Assembly: GCA_964496475.1 (NCBI GenBank)
Contig: CAZBZS010000001.1
Coordinates: forward strand, 36,512-100,511
Direction of reading: 5' to 3'
Source of the DNA: an uncultured Chloroflexota bacterium
Lineage (GTDB): Bacteria > Chloroflexota > UBA11872 > VXNJ01
Length of the DNA stretch: 64,000 nt
The notes beneath the pieces were generated by a model. The model saw nothing but the letters and a program-made list of their open reading frames with translations. It did no database searches and was not told the DNA's origin. Made by a program: the position numbers and the translations under genes. Positions 20,291 to 30,518 of the stretch are shown in pieces (the first letter of the stretch is position 1; each line of letters opens with the position of its first letter).

Positions 20291-21151
20291 ATGTCCATGG
20301 CGACTTTCAAACTTGGCTGCCACCAGATTACGTGGGGACGTGACCTAGACGGCGCCCTGCAGGACATCAGCGACTTCGGCTACCGGGGCACGGAGACCTT
20401 CGCCCTCGTGGTGGACGATTTCGCCGGACGCGAGGACGAGCTGACGGAGAAGATCAATGCCAAGGGTCTTCAACTGACAGCTCTCTACGGCGGCGGCGAC
20501 ATGCACGTGGCCGGGAAAGAGGCCGAGGTCATCGAGTACAACCTGAAGATCGCCCGCTTCCTGCAATCCATGGGCGCGGACCGCCTAGTGCTGGGGCCGG
20601 GTCGGAGACGGCCGGAGCCGGCGCCGACCGACGAGCACATGAAGACCATGGCCCGCGTCGCTGAGGAAATCGGGGAGGCCTGCCTTGACATGGGCATCGT
20701 GGCTGGCATCCATCCCCACTGGGGCACGCCCGTGCAGGAACGCGTGGACATCACCCGTATCTTTGACGCGCTTGACACCAGCGTCGTGAAGATGGTGCTG
20801 GACCCGGCGCACATCGCCAAGGCTGGGGCCGACCCGCTGGAAGTTGTTGAGACCTACAAGGACATCATCACCTACGTCCATATCAAGGACTACTCGCCGG
20901 AGCTGGACACGCCGGAGCCCGAGCAGGCGATCGGCCAGGACAACGCGCCGGAGTTGGCGTTCTTCAGCGAGCTCGGCCGCGGAATCGTGGACACGCCGGG
21001 ATTCGTGGACGAACTACGCAAGGCCGAATACGACGGCTGGCTGACCATTGAACTAGACCGCACCCAGACCACGCCGCGCGAGAGCCTGGCCGAGAACACG
21101 AAGTACCTGCAGGAAGTGATGGGATTCGACATCGGCGGCGAAAACCACTAG
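20291..21151 (+). CDS. Sugar phosphate isomerase/epimerase (xylose-isomerase-like TIM barrel)
   Basis: MSMATFKLGCHQITWG start, IolE/IolI-like. The ORF-track start at 20231 is an upstream extension. RBS-like AGAGGGGA sits before 20291. Confidence 0.85.
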   Translation: MSMATFKLGCHQITWGRDLDGALQDISDFGYRGTETFALVVDDFAGREDELTEKINAKGLQLTALYGGGDMHVAGKEAEVIEYNLKIARFLQSMGADRLVLGPGRRRPEPAPTDEHMKTMARVAEEIGEACLDMGIVAGIHPHWGTPVQERVDITRIFDALDTSVVKMVLDPAHIAKAGADPLEVVETYKDIITYVHIKDYSPELDTPEPEQAIGQDNAPELAFFSELGRGIVDTPGFVDELRKAEYDGWLTIELDRTQTTPRESLAENTKYLQEVMGFDIGGENH

Positions 21152-21187
21152 AGCGATATCCCGGGAGACCGGAGAAGTGCCAGCCAA

Positions 21188-22195
21188 ATGATCAACGTCG
21201 GAATCGTCGGCTGCGGGCGAATAATCGAAGACGGCCACGCGCCGGCCTTTCAGAAGCTGACGGATCGCTTCAACGTCGTGGCCCTGGCGGACACGACCCC
21301 GGAGCGGCGCGACGCCGTCGGCGACATGCTGAACGTTCCGGCGAACAAGCGCCTGGCCGACTGGAACGATCTGCTCGCGCTGGACGAGGTGGATATGGTG
21401 GACATGGCGCTGCCGCACTTCCTGCACCTGGAATCGGCAGTGGCGGCGGCGAAATCGGGCAAGAAGATCCTCATGGAAAAACCCATGGCTACCAGCATGG
21501 ACGAGGCCGATCAGATCATGGCGGCCATCCGGCAGAACGACGCCACCGCCTGCATCGCCCACAACTACCTCTATCGCGAGTCGGCGATGAAGGCGTTGCA
21601 GCTGATTGAAGAGGGCGTCATTGGAGAGCCGTTCTTCTTCCGGCAGGGCGCGTTCATGCCACGGCACTACGCCGGCACCGCCACCTACGACTCGGGCTGG
21701 CGGGCGAAGTCGGGCATGGCCGGCGGCGGCGCGCTGATCGACAACTCCTACCACTCTCTCTATCTCGCCGCCGCGTTCCTCGGCTCGCCAATCGCCAGCG
21801 TCTTCACGAAGATGGGCACGTTCGTGCATGACATCGACGTGGAAGACACCGTCCTGCTGTCGCTGACGCACGAAAACGGATGCTTCACCGCCATCGAAAC
21901 CGGCTGGAGCACCGGCGCCGCCGAGCCGGTCGATGAGATCCACGGCACCGAGGGCTCAATCGCCTTTCGCCGTCGGTCCCCGCACTTGCAGCTATACCGC
22001 AACGGCGAGTGGGAGGACGTCGAATGGGAGGGCGACTTCTCCTGGGGATTCGACAACCTGTTCGCCGCTTACGCCGACGCGCTGGAAGCCGGGCAGCCGC
22101 CGCCGGTCAGCTTCGAAGACGGCTACATGAATATCAAGGTTGTGATGGCAGCTTACGAGTCGGGGCGCACCGGCAATCCGGTCGATATCAGCTAG
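21188..22195 (+). CDS. Gfo/Idh/MocA-family oxidoreductase
   Basis: MINVGIVGCGRIIEDGHAPAF Rossmann start and the MEKP motif. 335 aa. Confidence 0.9.
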   Translation: MINVGIVGCGRIIEDGHAPAFQKLTDRFNVVALADTTPERRDAVGDMLNVPANKRLADWNDLLALDEVDMVDMALPHFLHLESAVAAAKSGKKILMEKPMATSMDEADQIMAAIRQNDATACIAHNYLYRESAMKALQLIEEGVIGEPFFFRQGAFMPRHYAGTATYDSGWRAKSGMAGGGALIDNSYHSLYLAAAFLGSPIASVFTKMGTFVHDIDVEDTVLLSLTHENGCFTAIETGWSTGAAEPVDEIHGTEGSIAFRRRSPHLQLYRNGEWEDVEWEGDFSWGFDNLFAAYADALEAGQPPPVSFEDGYMNIKVVMAAYESGRTGNPVDIS

Positions 22196-22752
22196 GCGGC
22201 CGGTCCCCGGCTTCCGTCTAGGCAGAGTTCTCTAAGCGGAGTTTTGGCTATTGCTTTCGCTTTGCCCGGGTGGGGCTGCCCGGTTTCAAGAAAGTGTTTC
22301 AGCTCTTCCAAATAACGGTTGCTGGCGTGATTGGCTCGCATTTTCATCAACGGCGCAAGCAGACGCATTTGACTTCCGATCTTCACGGATATGTGCGTCT
22401 TGACCATTGAGCGGTCGTCGTCGATTTCGTTCACCGATCAGCGATTCACGGCCTGCGTAAAGAAGCCGGGAAGTCCCGCGGTGGTCTGGAGCTGAAAGGA
22501 TTTCGCGTCCGGATCGAAACCCGTCAAAGTGCGCCTGATCTGACCTATCTTGAACGGGCCGACTGCCGCTATCTCCGCAACCCGCGATGCACCGATCGCC
22601 GAGGAGGTCCCCATCGATGAGGAAACGAAACCGGAAGACCACTCGCCAATATCACCAAAGTTCTCGCCGACGATCTTCCACATGACAGCCGCCGGTTTGT
22701 CGATGGTGATCTCAGCCTTGATATCCAAGATTTCCCCGTGGTCATGATTCAT
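22192..22752 (-). pseudogene. SRPBCC (START/Bet v1-like, polyketide cyclase/dehydrase family) protein interrupted by an in-frame TGA
   Basis: ORF 22438-22752 (MNHDHGEILDIKAEITIDKPAAVMWKIVGENF...FFTQAVNR) and ORF 22192-22434 (VNEIDDDRSMVKTHISVKIGSQMRLLAPLMKMRANHASNRYLEELKHFLETG) share one frame. They are separated only by a TGA (complement of 22438-22440) plus one codon. Together they form one complete ~185-aa SRPBCC fold including the C-terminal long helix. Confidence 0.6.
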
Positions 22753-22801
22753 AAATTTGAAGATCGGGCAGCTTAGCCGCCCGGCACTTGAGCGTTTCGG
22801 A

Positions 22802-24748
22802 CTAGAGCGCCTCTTTGAGGGCGGTCGCTGTGGACCGAGTCATCCCAGGCAGACTGGCGAGTTCGTCAACCCCGGCGGTGCGTATCTTCGCCATGCTGCC
22901 GTACTTGCGGATCAGGGCACGCTTGCGCTTGGGGCCGATACCGGGGATTTCGTCCAGGATCGAGCGGCGGCCTTTCTTGGTTCTGAGCTTGATGTGAAAG
23001 CTCACCGCGAAACGGTGAGCCTCGTCGCGCACCCGTTGCAGCAGGTGGAGGCCGTCGGAAGCGGCAGGCAGCACGACCGGACGCGAGCGACCCGGTAAGA
23101 AAATCTCTTCGCGCTTCTTGGCGATCGCCGCCACCGGCACGTCAGCGGCGCCTTGTTCCTGCATCGCCGCGAGAGCGGAGGAGAGCTGTCCTTTGCCGCC
23201 ATCGATCAGCACCAGGTCGGGAACGGTGAGCCATTCCTTGCTGGAGCCGGCCGTTTGCTCGGTGGCCCCGGGCAGCGCGGCACTTTCATCGAAGTCCTTC
23301 AGCGCGATGGACTCAAGCCCGGCGGTCTCAAGTTCGCCATCACCACCGGCGATCACCCGTTCGCGCATCCGCTTGAACCGGCGGCCGATGACTTCTCGCA
23401 TAGAGGCGAAATCGTCGTTCCCATGCTCGCCGCGAATCTTGAAGCGCCGGTACTTGCCCTTCTTCGCCACCCCGTCCTCGAAGACGACCATGGATGCGAC
23501 TGTGAGCGACCCCTGGATATGGGAAATGTCGTAGCACTCGATGCGGCGGGGGAGGCGGTGGAGCTCCATGGACTCGCCGATCTGGCGCAGGGCGTGACGC
23601 AAGCGGCGCTCGCTGGTGAGGAAAGCCTTGCGCTCCATTTCCAGGGTGTCCCGAGCGTTCACTTCGGCCAGCTTGACGAGCTTGCGCAACGCCCCTCGCT
23701 TCGGCGCCCGCACCTCCACCCGGCCGTCGCGCATCGAACTCAACCATTCGCTCATGACCTCCAGATCGTCGATTTCCGCCGGCAGCAACACCTGCTTCGG
23801 CACCTGTTCCGAGCGGCCGTAATACTCCCGCACGAACTCCGAAACCAGCTCGCCCATGGGTTCGTCGCCGGTGGCGGTGAGGCAAAAGGAGTTGCGGCCG
23901 ATTAGCTTTCCATTGCGAATGGTGAGCACCTGCCCGATGGCCTCACGGCCCTCTCGGGCGATGCCGATCACGTCTTGGTTGCGCCCACCCGGATCCACAA
24001 CCTTCTGCTCGGAGACAACCCGCTTCACGGCCAAGAGCCGATCGCGAAAGCTGGCGGCCGACTCGAATCGAAGCTCCGCGGAAGCCCGTTTCATCCCGGT
24101 TTCGAGCGCTTCGACGATGGGCTCATGGTGACCGTCCAGAAAGTTGACCGTCTGATCGATCACCCGGCGGTAATCCTCCACCGAGACGACGCGGATACAC
24201 GGCGCGTTGCAACGGCCGATGTCGTACTTCAGGCACGCCCGGTCCCAGACCTTGTCCATGTCCAGCCGGCAGGTGCGGTACGGGAATATGCGATTCAGCA
24301 GCTTCAGCGTCTGACGTAGTTGCTTGGCGTTCGGGTACGGGCCGAAGTAGCGGGACCCATCCTTCACAACCCGCCGCGTGGTCATGACCCGAGGGTAAGT
24401 CTCGCCAGTAGTGACCTTCAGGTAGAGGTACTGCTTATCATCCCGGAGCATGACGTTGTAGCGCGGCTGGTGGCGCTTGATGAGGTTGTTCTCGAGGATC
24501 AGCGCCTCAACCTCGGTGTCGGTGACGATGAATTCGAAATCCGCGATGCGCGCTACCAACCGTCTGGTTTTAGGATCCAGATGCCGGCGGCTGCCAAAAT
24601 ATGAGCGGACGCGATTCCGCAGCGACAGCGCCTTGCCGATGTAGATAATCTGATCGTCGGCGTCCCGCATCAAGTACACGCCAGGAGAGGCCGGCAGCGT
24701 AGCCAGCTTGCCCTCGATCAGCTCGGTGCCCGTTGATTGCTGTGTCAA
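22802..24748 (-). CDS. uvrC: Excinuclease ABC subunit C
   Basis: GIY-YIG N-terminus (PGVYLMRDADDQIIYIGKALSLRNRVRSYF), UvrBC-interaction region, RNase H-like endonuclease domain and C-terminal (HhH)2. Likely TTG start at 24748 (MTQQSTGTELIEGKL). The ORF track extends to 24874. Confidence 0.95.
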   Translation of the reverse strand: MTQQSTGTELIEGKLATLPASPGVYLMRDADDQIIYIGKALSLRNRVRSYFGSRRHLDPKTRRLVARIADFEFIVTDTEVEALILENNLIKRHQPRYNVMLRDDKQYLYLKVTTGETYPRVMTTRRVVKDGSRYFGPYPNAKQLRQTLKLLNRIFPYRTCRLDMDKVWDRACLKYDIGRCNAPCIRVVSVEDYRRVIDQTVNFLDGHHEPIVEALETGMKRASAELRFESAASFRDRLLAVKRVVSEQKVVDPGGRNQDVIGIAREGREAIGQVLTIRNGKLIGRNSFCLTATGDEPMGELVSEFVREYYGRSEQVPKQVLLPAEIDDLEVMSEWLSSMRDGRVEVRAPKRGALRKLVKLAEVNARDTLEMERKAFLTSERRLRHALRQIGESMELHRLPRRIECYDISHIQGSLTVASMVVFEDGVAKKGKYRRFKIRGEHGNDDFASMREVIGRRFKRMRERVIAGGDGELETAGLESIALKDFDESAALPGATEQTAGSSKEWLTVPDLVLIDGGKGQLSSALAAMQEQGAADVPVAAIAKKREEIFLPGRSRPVVLPAASDGLHLLQRVRDEAHRFAVSFHIKLRTKKGRRSILDEIPGIGPKRKRALIRKYGSMAKIRTAGVDELASLPGMTRSTATALKEAL

Positions 24749-24800
24749 AGTGGGTCCTCGCGGTCCATCGTTCAATTCTATTTGAAGGTGACGACTTCGC

Positions 24801-25661
24801 TTGAAGAACATCTGGCCGGGGTTTGATTTCGAATACTTCCGTGAGGCGAAGCGGACGCGTGTGGGCGTGCACAATCCGGGACTCGGGCACTGGCAGCTAT
24901 TCCTGTGCCCGGAAGTGAGCTACCGGGAGATCGCCCGGCGAATTCGGCGGACGGACGCGGATCTAAGCCTGCACCACCCGTTCATCGTGCCGTTTGAAGG
25001 TCGTGACCGACACGATTCGAGTCAGTTCCTGGACGCGGACGGGGACATGCGGGACCGGTCATTTCGCTGGCTGCAAGATTCGCTGGCGAAGGCCGTAGAG
25101 CTGGGCGCGGAGTTCGTGGTGACGCACCTGAATCACGGGGATGGCATTGATAATCTGGGCCGGGCTCGCGATCTGGCGAGGGAAGCCGCTGATCGATTCG
25201 CGAAGATGTCAGATGAAACCGGGGTGCCGATGCATGTGGAATTCTTGGGCTACCACCCGGCGTTCCACGCGCCGGAGGAATTTGTAAAGGCCCTAGCGGC
25301 TCAACCCAAAATACGCCTGTGCTTGGACAGCGGCCACCTGCACCGTTGGGGCCAAATCTACGGTGGTAATCCGTACGCGGCCGCGGCGAAACTGGCACCG
25401 CTGGTGAGCTCGCTACATCTCTGGAACATCTGTTCGATGGAGCAATACCGGGAGCGGGGCCACGTGCCGGTACACCCATCCCAGCGGGTAGAGGATGGGT
25501 ATGTGGACGTGGCGCGAATCCTGCGGGCGGTGCTGGCGGCCAATCCGGCGGCGGCGGTGATCTTCGAGCCCTCTGTGCCAGCGGGCATGACCGCCGAGTA
25601 CATCGCCGAGGGAGTGGAGTGGGTGCGCAGCTTGATTGCGGCGGCCGTAGCGGGGGCCTAG
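24801..25661 (+). CDS. TIM-barrel sugar phosphate isomerase/epimerase-family protein
   Basis: 286 aa. VVTHLNHGDG, HVEFLGYHP and LDSGHLH patterns are consistent with a xylose-isomerase-like TIM barrel. Start uncertain. Transcribed divergently from uvrC. Confidence 0.6.
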   Translation: MKNIWPGFDFEYFREAKRTRVGVHNPGLGHWQLFLCPEVSYREIARRIRRTDADLSLHHPFIVPFEGRDRHDSSQFLDADGDMRDRSFRWLQDSLAKAVELGAEFVVTHLNHGDGIDNLGRARDLAREAADRFAKMSDETGVPMHVEFLGYHPAFHAPEEFVKALAAQPKIRLCLDSGHLHRWGQIYGGNPYAAAAKLAPLVSSLHLWNICSMEQYRERGHVPVHPSQRVEDGYVDVARILRAVLAANPAAAVIFEPSVPAGMTAEYIAEGVEWVRSLIAAAVAGA

Positions 25662-25750
25662 ACTAGCCGCCGACACTGGCAGCAACAGGGAGGAAACCCG
25701 GGGCGGCCATGAGTGGAAGCGGCTGTGGCCATCGCTTAAGACCCCAACCA

Positions 25751-26872
25751 ATGATCACCTACGAACGCCTCCGCAACACACTGGTCGCGGTACTGATCGT
25801 AATCGCGGTGATCTGGATCGGGGAGTTCCTATGGAATCTGGCCGGGCACTTCTCGAGTCTGGTGTTGATCTTCTTCTTCGCCTGGCTGGTTAGTTTCGCG
25901 CTTACCCCGTTGGTCCGGCGTCTGCAGGCGGCCCGGGTGGCGACCGGCCCCGCGACCGGGATCGTCTATCTGGGCATGTTTGCCATCGCGGCCCTCGGAT
26001 CGGTATTCGTGCTGCCGGAAATGGTTGGCGATCTCGTGGGACTGGGCGGCAACGCGTCCGCATACGGTAACGACGTGCAGGTAATCGCCAACGATCTTCG
26101 CCACGCGCTCGTCAATCTGGGGTTGTCCGCGGAGACCATGGACGACGCCCTTAACGACATCGGTGCGAACTTCGCCGACGCCAGCGGGACGATCATCACC
26201 GGCGTTATTGGGGCGCTTTCCGGACTGGCAAACGCGATATTGATCGCGGCCGTGACCCTCATCGTTTCCTTCTACATGGTGCTCAATTGGGACAGCGCTT
26301 TGCGCCGCTTCACGACATCGCTGCCTGGGAACTGGGGACCGGCGGTGGCCAGCGCATCGGCACTGGCTGAATCGACGTTTTCAGCGTATCTGCGGGGTCA
26401 GGGTCTCGGCGGAGTAGTTTTCGGCGTGATCGTCGCGATCACGATGTTCGCGGCGGGGCTGGACTACATCCTGGCGATATCGGTGCTGGCCGGCCTGGCC
26501 ATGACGATCCCGTTCGTCGGCCTCGTAATCGGATTGCTGCTGCCGATTGGCGCGACTCTGCTGCAGGATCCGTCGCTCGGTTTGTGGGTGGCGATTCCAC
26601 TCGTGGCCTCACAGCAGATATTGGACAACGTCGTAATGCCGAGGCTCATGGCCTCGGCAATGGGAGTGCATCCGGTGGTGGTGATCGCCTCGATCCTGAT
26701 CGGATCGACCGCGGCGGGATTCTGGGGGGCCGTTTTCGGAGTGCCTTTCGGGGCTCTCGTCTACTTCGCGGCGACCGCTGTCTACAAACGCTTGATCAGT
26801 GCGGAAGCCCGCCGTAGCCTTCATGCGAGTTCAGCATCGCTGACAGGCCCGGTGTCAACCCGGGAGCCGTGA
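25751..26872 (+). CDS. AI-2E family transporter (PerM/UPF0118)
   Basis: About 8 TM helices with AI-2E-like conserved Gly/Pro spacing. ATG at 25751 (MITYERL). The ORF-track start at 25709 is an extension. Confidence 0.85.
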   Translation: MITYERLRNTLVAVLIVIAVIWIGEFLWNLAGHFSSLVLIFFFAWLVSFALTPLVRRLQAARVATGPATGIVYLGMFAIAALGSVFVLPEMVGDLVGLGGNASAYGNDVQVIANDLRHALVNLGLSAETMDDALNDIGANFADASGTIITGVIGALSGLANAILIAAVTLIVSFYMVLNWDSALRRFTTSLPGNWGPAVASASALAESTFSAYLRGQGLGGVVFGVIVAITMFAAGLDYILAISVLAGLAMTIPFVGLVIGLLLPIGATLLQDPSLGLWVAIPLVASQQILDNVVMPRLMASAMGVHPVVVIASILIGSTAAGFWGAVFGVPFGALVYFAATAVYKRLISAEARRSLHASSASLTGPVSTREP

Positions 26873-26944
26873 CGCGGAACTGCGGATGAACGGCCAAACG
26901 CCAGGTCTGAAGGGAAAAATCTCTGCAAAAGGACAGCGAGTAGT

Positions 26945-28684
26945 CTGAATACGCTGCTTCGGCTCCTGCGCTACCAGCGCACCCACGGGCGCCTGGTGGT
27001 GTTTTCAATCGCCGCCCTGATCCTCTCGCTAATCGTCGAGGGGGCGGCGCCCGCCGCGATCGCGGTCGCTATCAATCGCGCGCTCGACGGCGACGAAAGC
27101 GGGGCCTTACTGGCGTTCGCGCTGCTGGCGGCCGGGCTGTTTCTGGCTCGCGGCATCCTCAGCGGGGCATTCAATTTCCTCTGGCAATTCCAGTCGCGCC
27201 TGATCGACCGCGACCTGCGCGACGAGTTTTACGCACACCTGCAAAGACTTTCGTATTCGTTCTTCGACCGGGCTGAGTCAGGCGACCTGATCTCACGGGG
27301 AATATCGGATATCGAAGCCGCGCGTATGGCCGGCGGGATGGGCTTATACCGGCTGGGGGAGATTGTCGGCAAATACGCCGTAGTCCTCATCATCATGTTC
27401 AGCGTCAACGCCAGACTCGCCCTCTTCACCCTGGCGTCGACCCCGCTCATGATCGTGACGACCATCTATTTCAGCCACCAATTGCGCCGTCGCTGGGTGC
27501 GGGTACAGGCCCAGCGATCCATCATGACCAGCACCCTCACCGAGGCCCTGACCGGTGCCCGCGTGGTGAAGGCTTTCGCCCAGGAAGAGGCGGAGACGAT
27601 GAGGTTTGAACGGGCCGTCAAGGACCTCACCAATGACTTCCTGGGCGCGATCAAGCAATATTCACTGTTCCTGCCGGTCCTGGTATTCCTGTCTTCGCTC
27701 GGCACCATGGCCCTGATCTGGGTGGGCTTTTCGCTGGTAATCGACGGCGCCATCGAAATCGGGACAATCGTACAATTCAATATCTACGTCGTAATGCTCT
27801 TCGGCCCCACCCGCGCCCTCGGCGCGGTGGTGCAGCGCCTCCAGAACGGGCTCGCCGCGGCGGATCGCGTGTTCGAAATCCTGGATTTGAAGCCGGAGGT
27901 TGAGAGCCCGCTTGCAGCCAGTTCCCCCAGACGAATCGAAGGACGCGTCCGCTTCGAGCAGGTGAGCTTCCGCTACGGCCGGGGCGAGACCGTGCTGCAT
28001 GACATCAGCATCGAAATCCCGCCAGGGGCAACGGTGGGGATCATCGGACCCACCGGCTCCGGCAAGACCACCCTCGTCAACCTGATCGCCCGCTACTACG
28101 ACCCAACAGAAGGCCGGGTCACGATCGACGGGCAGGACCTTCGCGACTACGACCTGGAGTGGCTGCGGCGCAATCTGGCGACCGTGCCGCAAGATCCCTA
28201 TCTGTTCACCAACACCATGGCCAAGAACATCGCCTACGCGCGCCCGCAGTCCGATCCCGACGCCATTGCGGCGGCTGCCACCAGGGCCCAGGCGGGACGG
28301 TTCATAGACAATCTACCTGATCGCTACGAGACGATTGTAGGCGAGCGTGGTGTGGGGCTGTCGGGAGGACAGCGCCAGCGGGTCACGATTTCTCGGGCGC
28401 TGCTGATGAACGCGCCGATTCTCATCCTAGACGACTCCACCTCAAGCGTGGACACCGAGACCGAGCGCCTGATCCGCGACGCCATGCGGGAGTCGTTCGC
28501 CGGTCGAACCACGATCGTGGTCGGCCAGCGAGTGGGCAGCGTCATGGACGCTAACGAAATCCTGGTGATGGACGAGGGGCGAATAGTGGAGCGGGGAGTT
28601 CATGCCGATCTGGTCGCGGCAGGGGGGCTTTACGCGGAGATCCACCGCCTGCAATCGCCCGCCGCCACGCGGTCCGGGAGTTGA
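26945..28684 (+). CDS. ABC transporter permease/ATP-binding protein (type I exporter, half-transporter A)
   Basis: 6-TM domain then an NBD with Walker A GPTGSGKTT, signature LSGGQRQR and Walker B ILILDDSTSS. Start uncertain: the in-frame GTG at 26996 lies inside TM1 and the upstream in-frame sequence has no ATG. Confidence 0.85.
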   Translation: MNTLLRLLRYQRTHGRLVVFSIAALILSLIVEGAAPAAIAVAINRALDGDESGALLAFALLAAGLFLARGILSGAFNFLWQFQSRLIDRDLRDEFYAHLQRLSYSFFDRAESGDLISRGISDIEAARMAGGMGLYRLGEIVGKYAVVLIIMFSVNARLALFTLASTPLMIVTTIYFSHQLRRRWVRVQAQRSIMTSTLTEALTGARVVKAFAQEEAETMRFERAVKDLTNDFLGAIKQYSLFLPVLVFLSSLGTMALIWVGFSLVIDGAIEIGTIVQFNIYVVMLFGPTRALGAVVQRLQNGLAAADRVFEILDLKPEVESPLAASSPRRIEGRVRFEQVSFRYGRGETVLHDISIEIPPGATVGIIGPTGSGKTTLVNLIARYYDPTEGRVTIDGQDLRDYDLEWLRRNLATVPQDPYLFTNTMAKNIAYARPQSDPDAIAAAATRAQAGRFIDNLPDRYETIVGERGVGLSGGQRQRVTISRALLMNAPILILDDSTSSVDTETERLIRDAMRESFAGRTTIVVGQRVGSVMDANEILVMDEGRIVERGVHADLVAAGGLYAEIHRLQSPAATRSGS

Positions 28685-28688
28685 GCGC

Positions 28689-30518
28689 GTGATCCACTAT
28701 CGGCACGATATCGAGCGGGCGCGGGCTCCCTTCAACTGGTCGCTCACCACCCGGATGCTCGGCTACATCGCCAGGCGACGAAGCAATCTGGTGATCGGCG
28801 GGGCCCTGTCGCTGATCGTCGCCGGCGTCGCGCTGGTTCAGCCGATTCTGGTAATGGAGGCAATCCGTCGGGGCATCGGCGACGGCGACTTCCAGCTGCT
28901 GGCCACCCTGGGAATCCTCTACGTGCTAATCACCGCCGTCGCGAACGTGGCCATGGGGTGGGAAATTTGGCTGCTCTCCGTGGTGGGCCAAGGGGTTCTT
29001 TACGATCTGCGCACCGAATTGTTTCGCAAATTGCAGCGCCTTTCGCTCAACTACTACGACCGCACCAACAGCGGATCGATCATCTCGCGCTTCACCAGCG
29101 ACGTGAACGCGCTGAATGACATCCTGACCGAGGGCCTGGTGAGCACCATCACCGATTTCATCCTGATCCTCGGGATTTTCGTGGCGATGTTCATGCAGAG
29201 CTGGCAGTTGGGGGTGGTCACTATCCTGATTGTGCCCATCATGCTGCCGGCGGCGGCGGTGTTCCGGACCTATGCCGCTCGCTCGTATCGACTGGTGCGG
29301 GCGTTGATGTCGGAGACGAACGCGAACCTCGCCGAGAGCATCATCGGCATGAAGACGACCCAGGCATTCACCCGTGAGGAAGAGAACGCGCGCCTGTTTG
29401 GCACGGTCACGGAGAGAACGCTCCAGGCACACAAACGGGCCCGCCTCATCGGCGTGAGCATCATCCCAGCGGTGGACCTGCTGCTGGCGCTGGCCGTGGC
29501 CCTGGTGCTTATCGTGGGCGGGCGCTTGGTGGAGGTTGACGGTGACAACCGGCTGGAGGTGGTCGCCGTCGTGACGCTGTTCCTGCTGTACCTGCAGCGA
29601 CTGTTCCAACCGCTGCAGGAGCTGGGGGCGCGATTCGACTTGCTACAGGCCGCCATGGCCGCCGCCGAGCGGATATTCGGCCTCCTGGACACGCAGGTGA
29701 CGGTAACCGACCGGCCGGACGCCGCGCTGCTGGCGCCGATCGAGGGTCGGGTCCGATTCGACCAGGTCAAATTCGAATATCTTCCCGACCAGCCCGTGCT
29801 ACACGGTATCTCGTTCGACCTGGACCAGGGTAAGACCCTCGCACTGGTGGGGGCGACCGGGGCCGGTAAGACGACGATCATCAGCCTGATGTACCGCTTC
29901 TACGACGTGACCGGCGGAGCCATAACTATCGACGGAACCGACGTTCGCACCGTGACCCAACAGTCGTTGCGCTCGCAGATGGGGCTGGTGCTGCAAGACC
30001 CGTTCCTGTTCAAGGGGACGATTCGCGACAACATCGCCTACGCCCGACCGGACGCGACCCAGGCGGAGGTCGAGGAGGCCGCGAAAGTTGTGCACCTGCA
30101 CGACACCGTGATGCAGATGGACTTCGGCTACGACACCGCAGTGGCCGAGCGGGGCATCCGGCTGTCAATGGGTCAGCGGCAGCTCGTGTCGTTCGCCCGG
30201 GCCCTGCTGGCGGACCCAAAGATTCTGGTTCTCGACGAGGCGACCAGCAGCGTGGACACGCAGACCGAGGCGCTGGTACAGGGCGCGCTGGCCCGGCTGA
30301 TGGAGAACCGCACCTCGATCGTAATCGCGCACCGCCTGTCCACGGTGCGGAACGCGGACGAGATTCTGGTGCTGGAACTGGGGCGGATCATCGAGCGGGG
30401 AACGCACGAGACCCTGGTGAACGCCGGCGGGCACTACCAGCGGCTAAACGAGCTGGGGCTTTCACTATCGGACGAGGATCTGGGCGAGCGCCTTTCGGCC
30501 GGGAGTTCGAGCAGCTGA
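28689..30518 (+). CDS. ABC transporter permease/ATP-binding protein (type I exporter, half-transporter B)
   Basis: GTG 5 nt after the upstream stop gives MIHYRHDIERARAPFNW. 6-TM domain then NBD (GATGAGKTT, LSMGQRQL, LVLDEATSS). Likely forms a heterodimer with the upstream gene. Confidence 0.9.
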   Translation: MIHYRHDIERARAPFNWSLTTRMLGYIARRRSNLVIGGALSLIVAGVALVQPILVMEAIRRGIGDGDFQLLATLGILYVLITAVANVAMGWEIWLLSVVGQGVLYDLRTELFRKLQRLSLNYYDRTNSGSIISRFTSDVNALNDILTEGLVSTITDFILILGIFVAMFMQSWQLGVVTILIVPIMLPAAAVFRTYAARSYRLVRALMSETNANLAESIIGMKTTQAFTREEENARLFGTVTERTLQAHKRARLIGVSIIPAVDLLLALAVALVLIVGGRLVEVDGDNRLEVVAVVTLFLLYLQRLFQPLQELGARFDLLQAAMAAAERIFGLLDTQVTVTDRPDAALLAPIEGRVRFDQVKFEYLPDQPVLHGISFDLDQGKTLALVGATGAGKTTIISLMYRFYDVTGGAITIDGTDVRTVTQQSLRSQMGLVLQDPFLFKGTIRDNIAYARPDATQAEVEEAAKVVHLHDTVMQMDFGYDTAVAERGIRLSMGQRQLVSFARALLADPKILVLDEATSSVDTQTEALVQGALARLMENRTSIVIAHRLSTVRNADEILVLELGRIIERGTHETLVNAGGHYQRLNELGLSLSDEDLGERLSAGSSSS

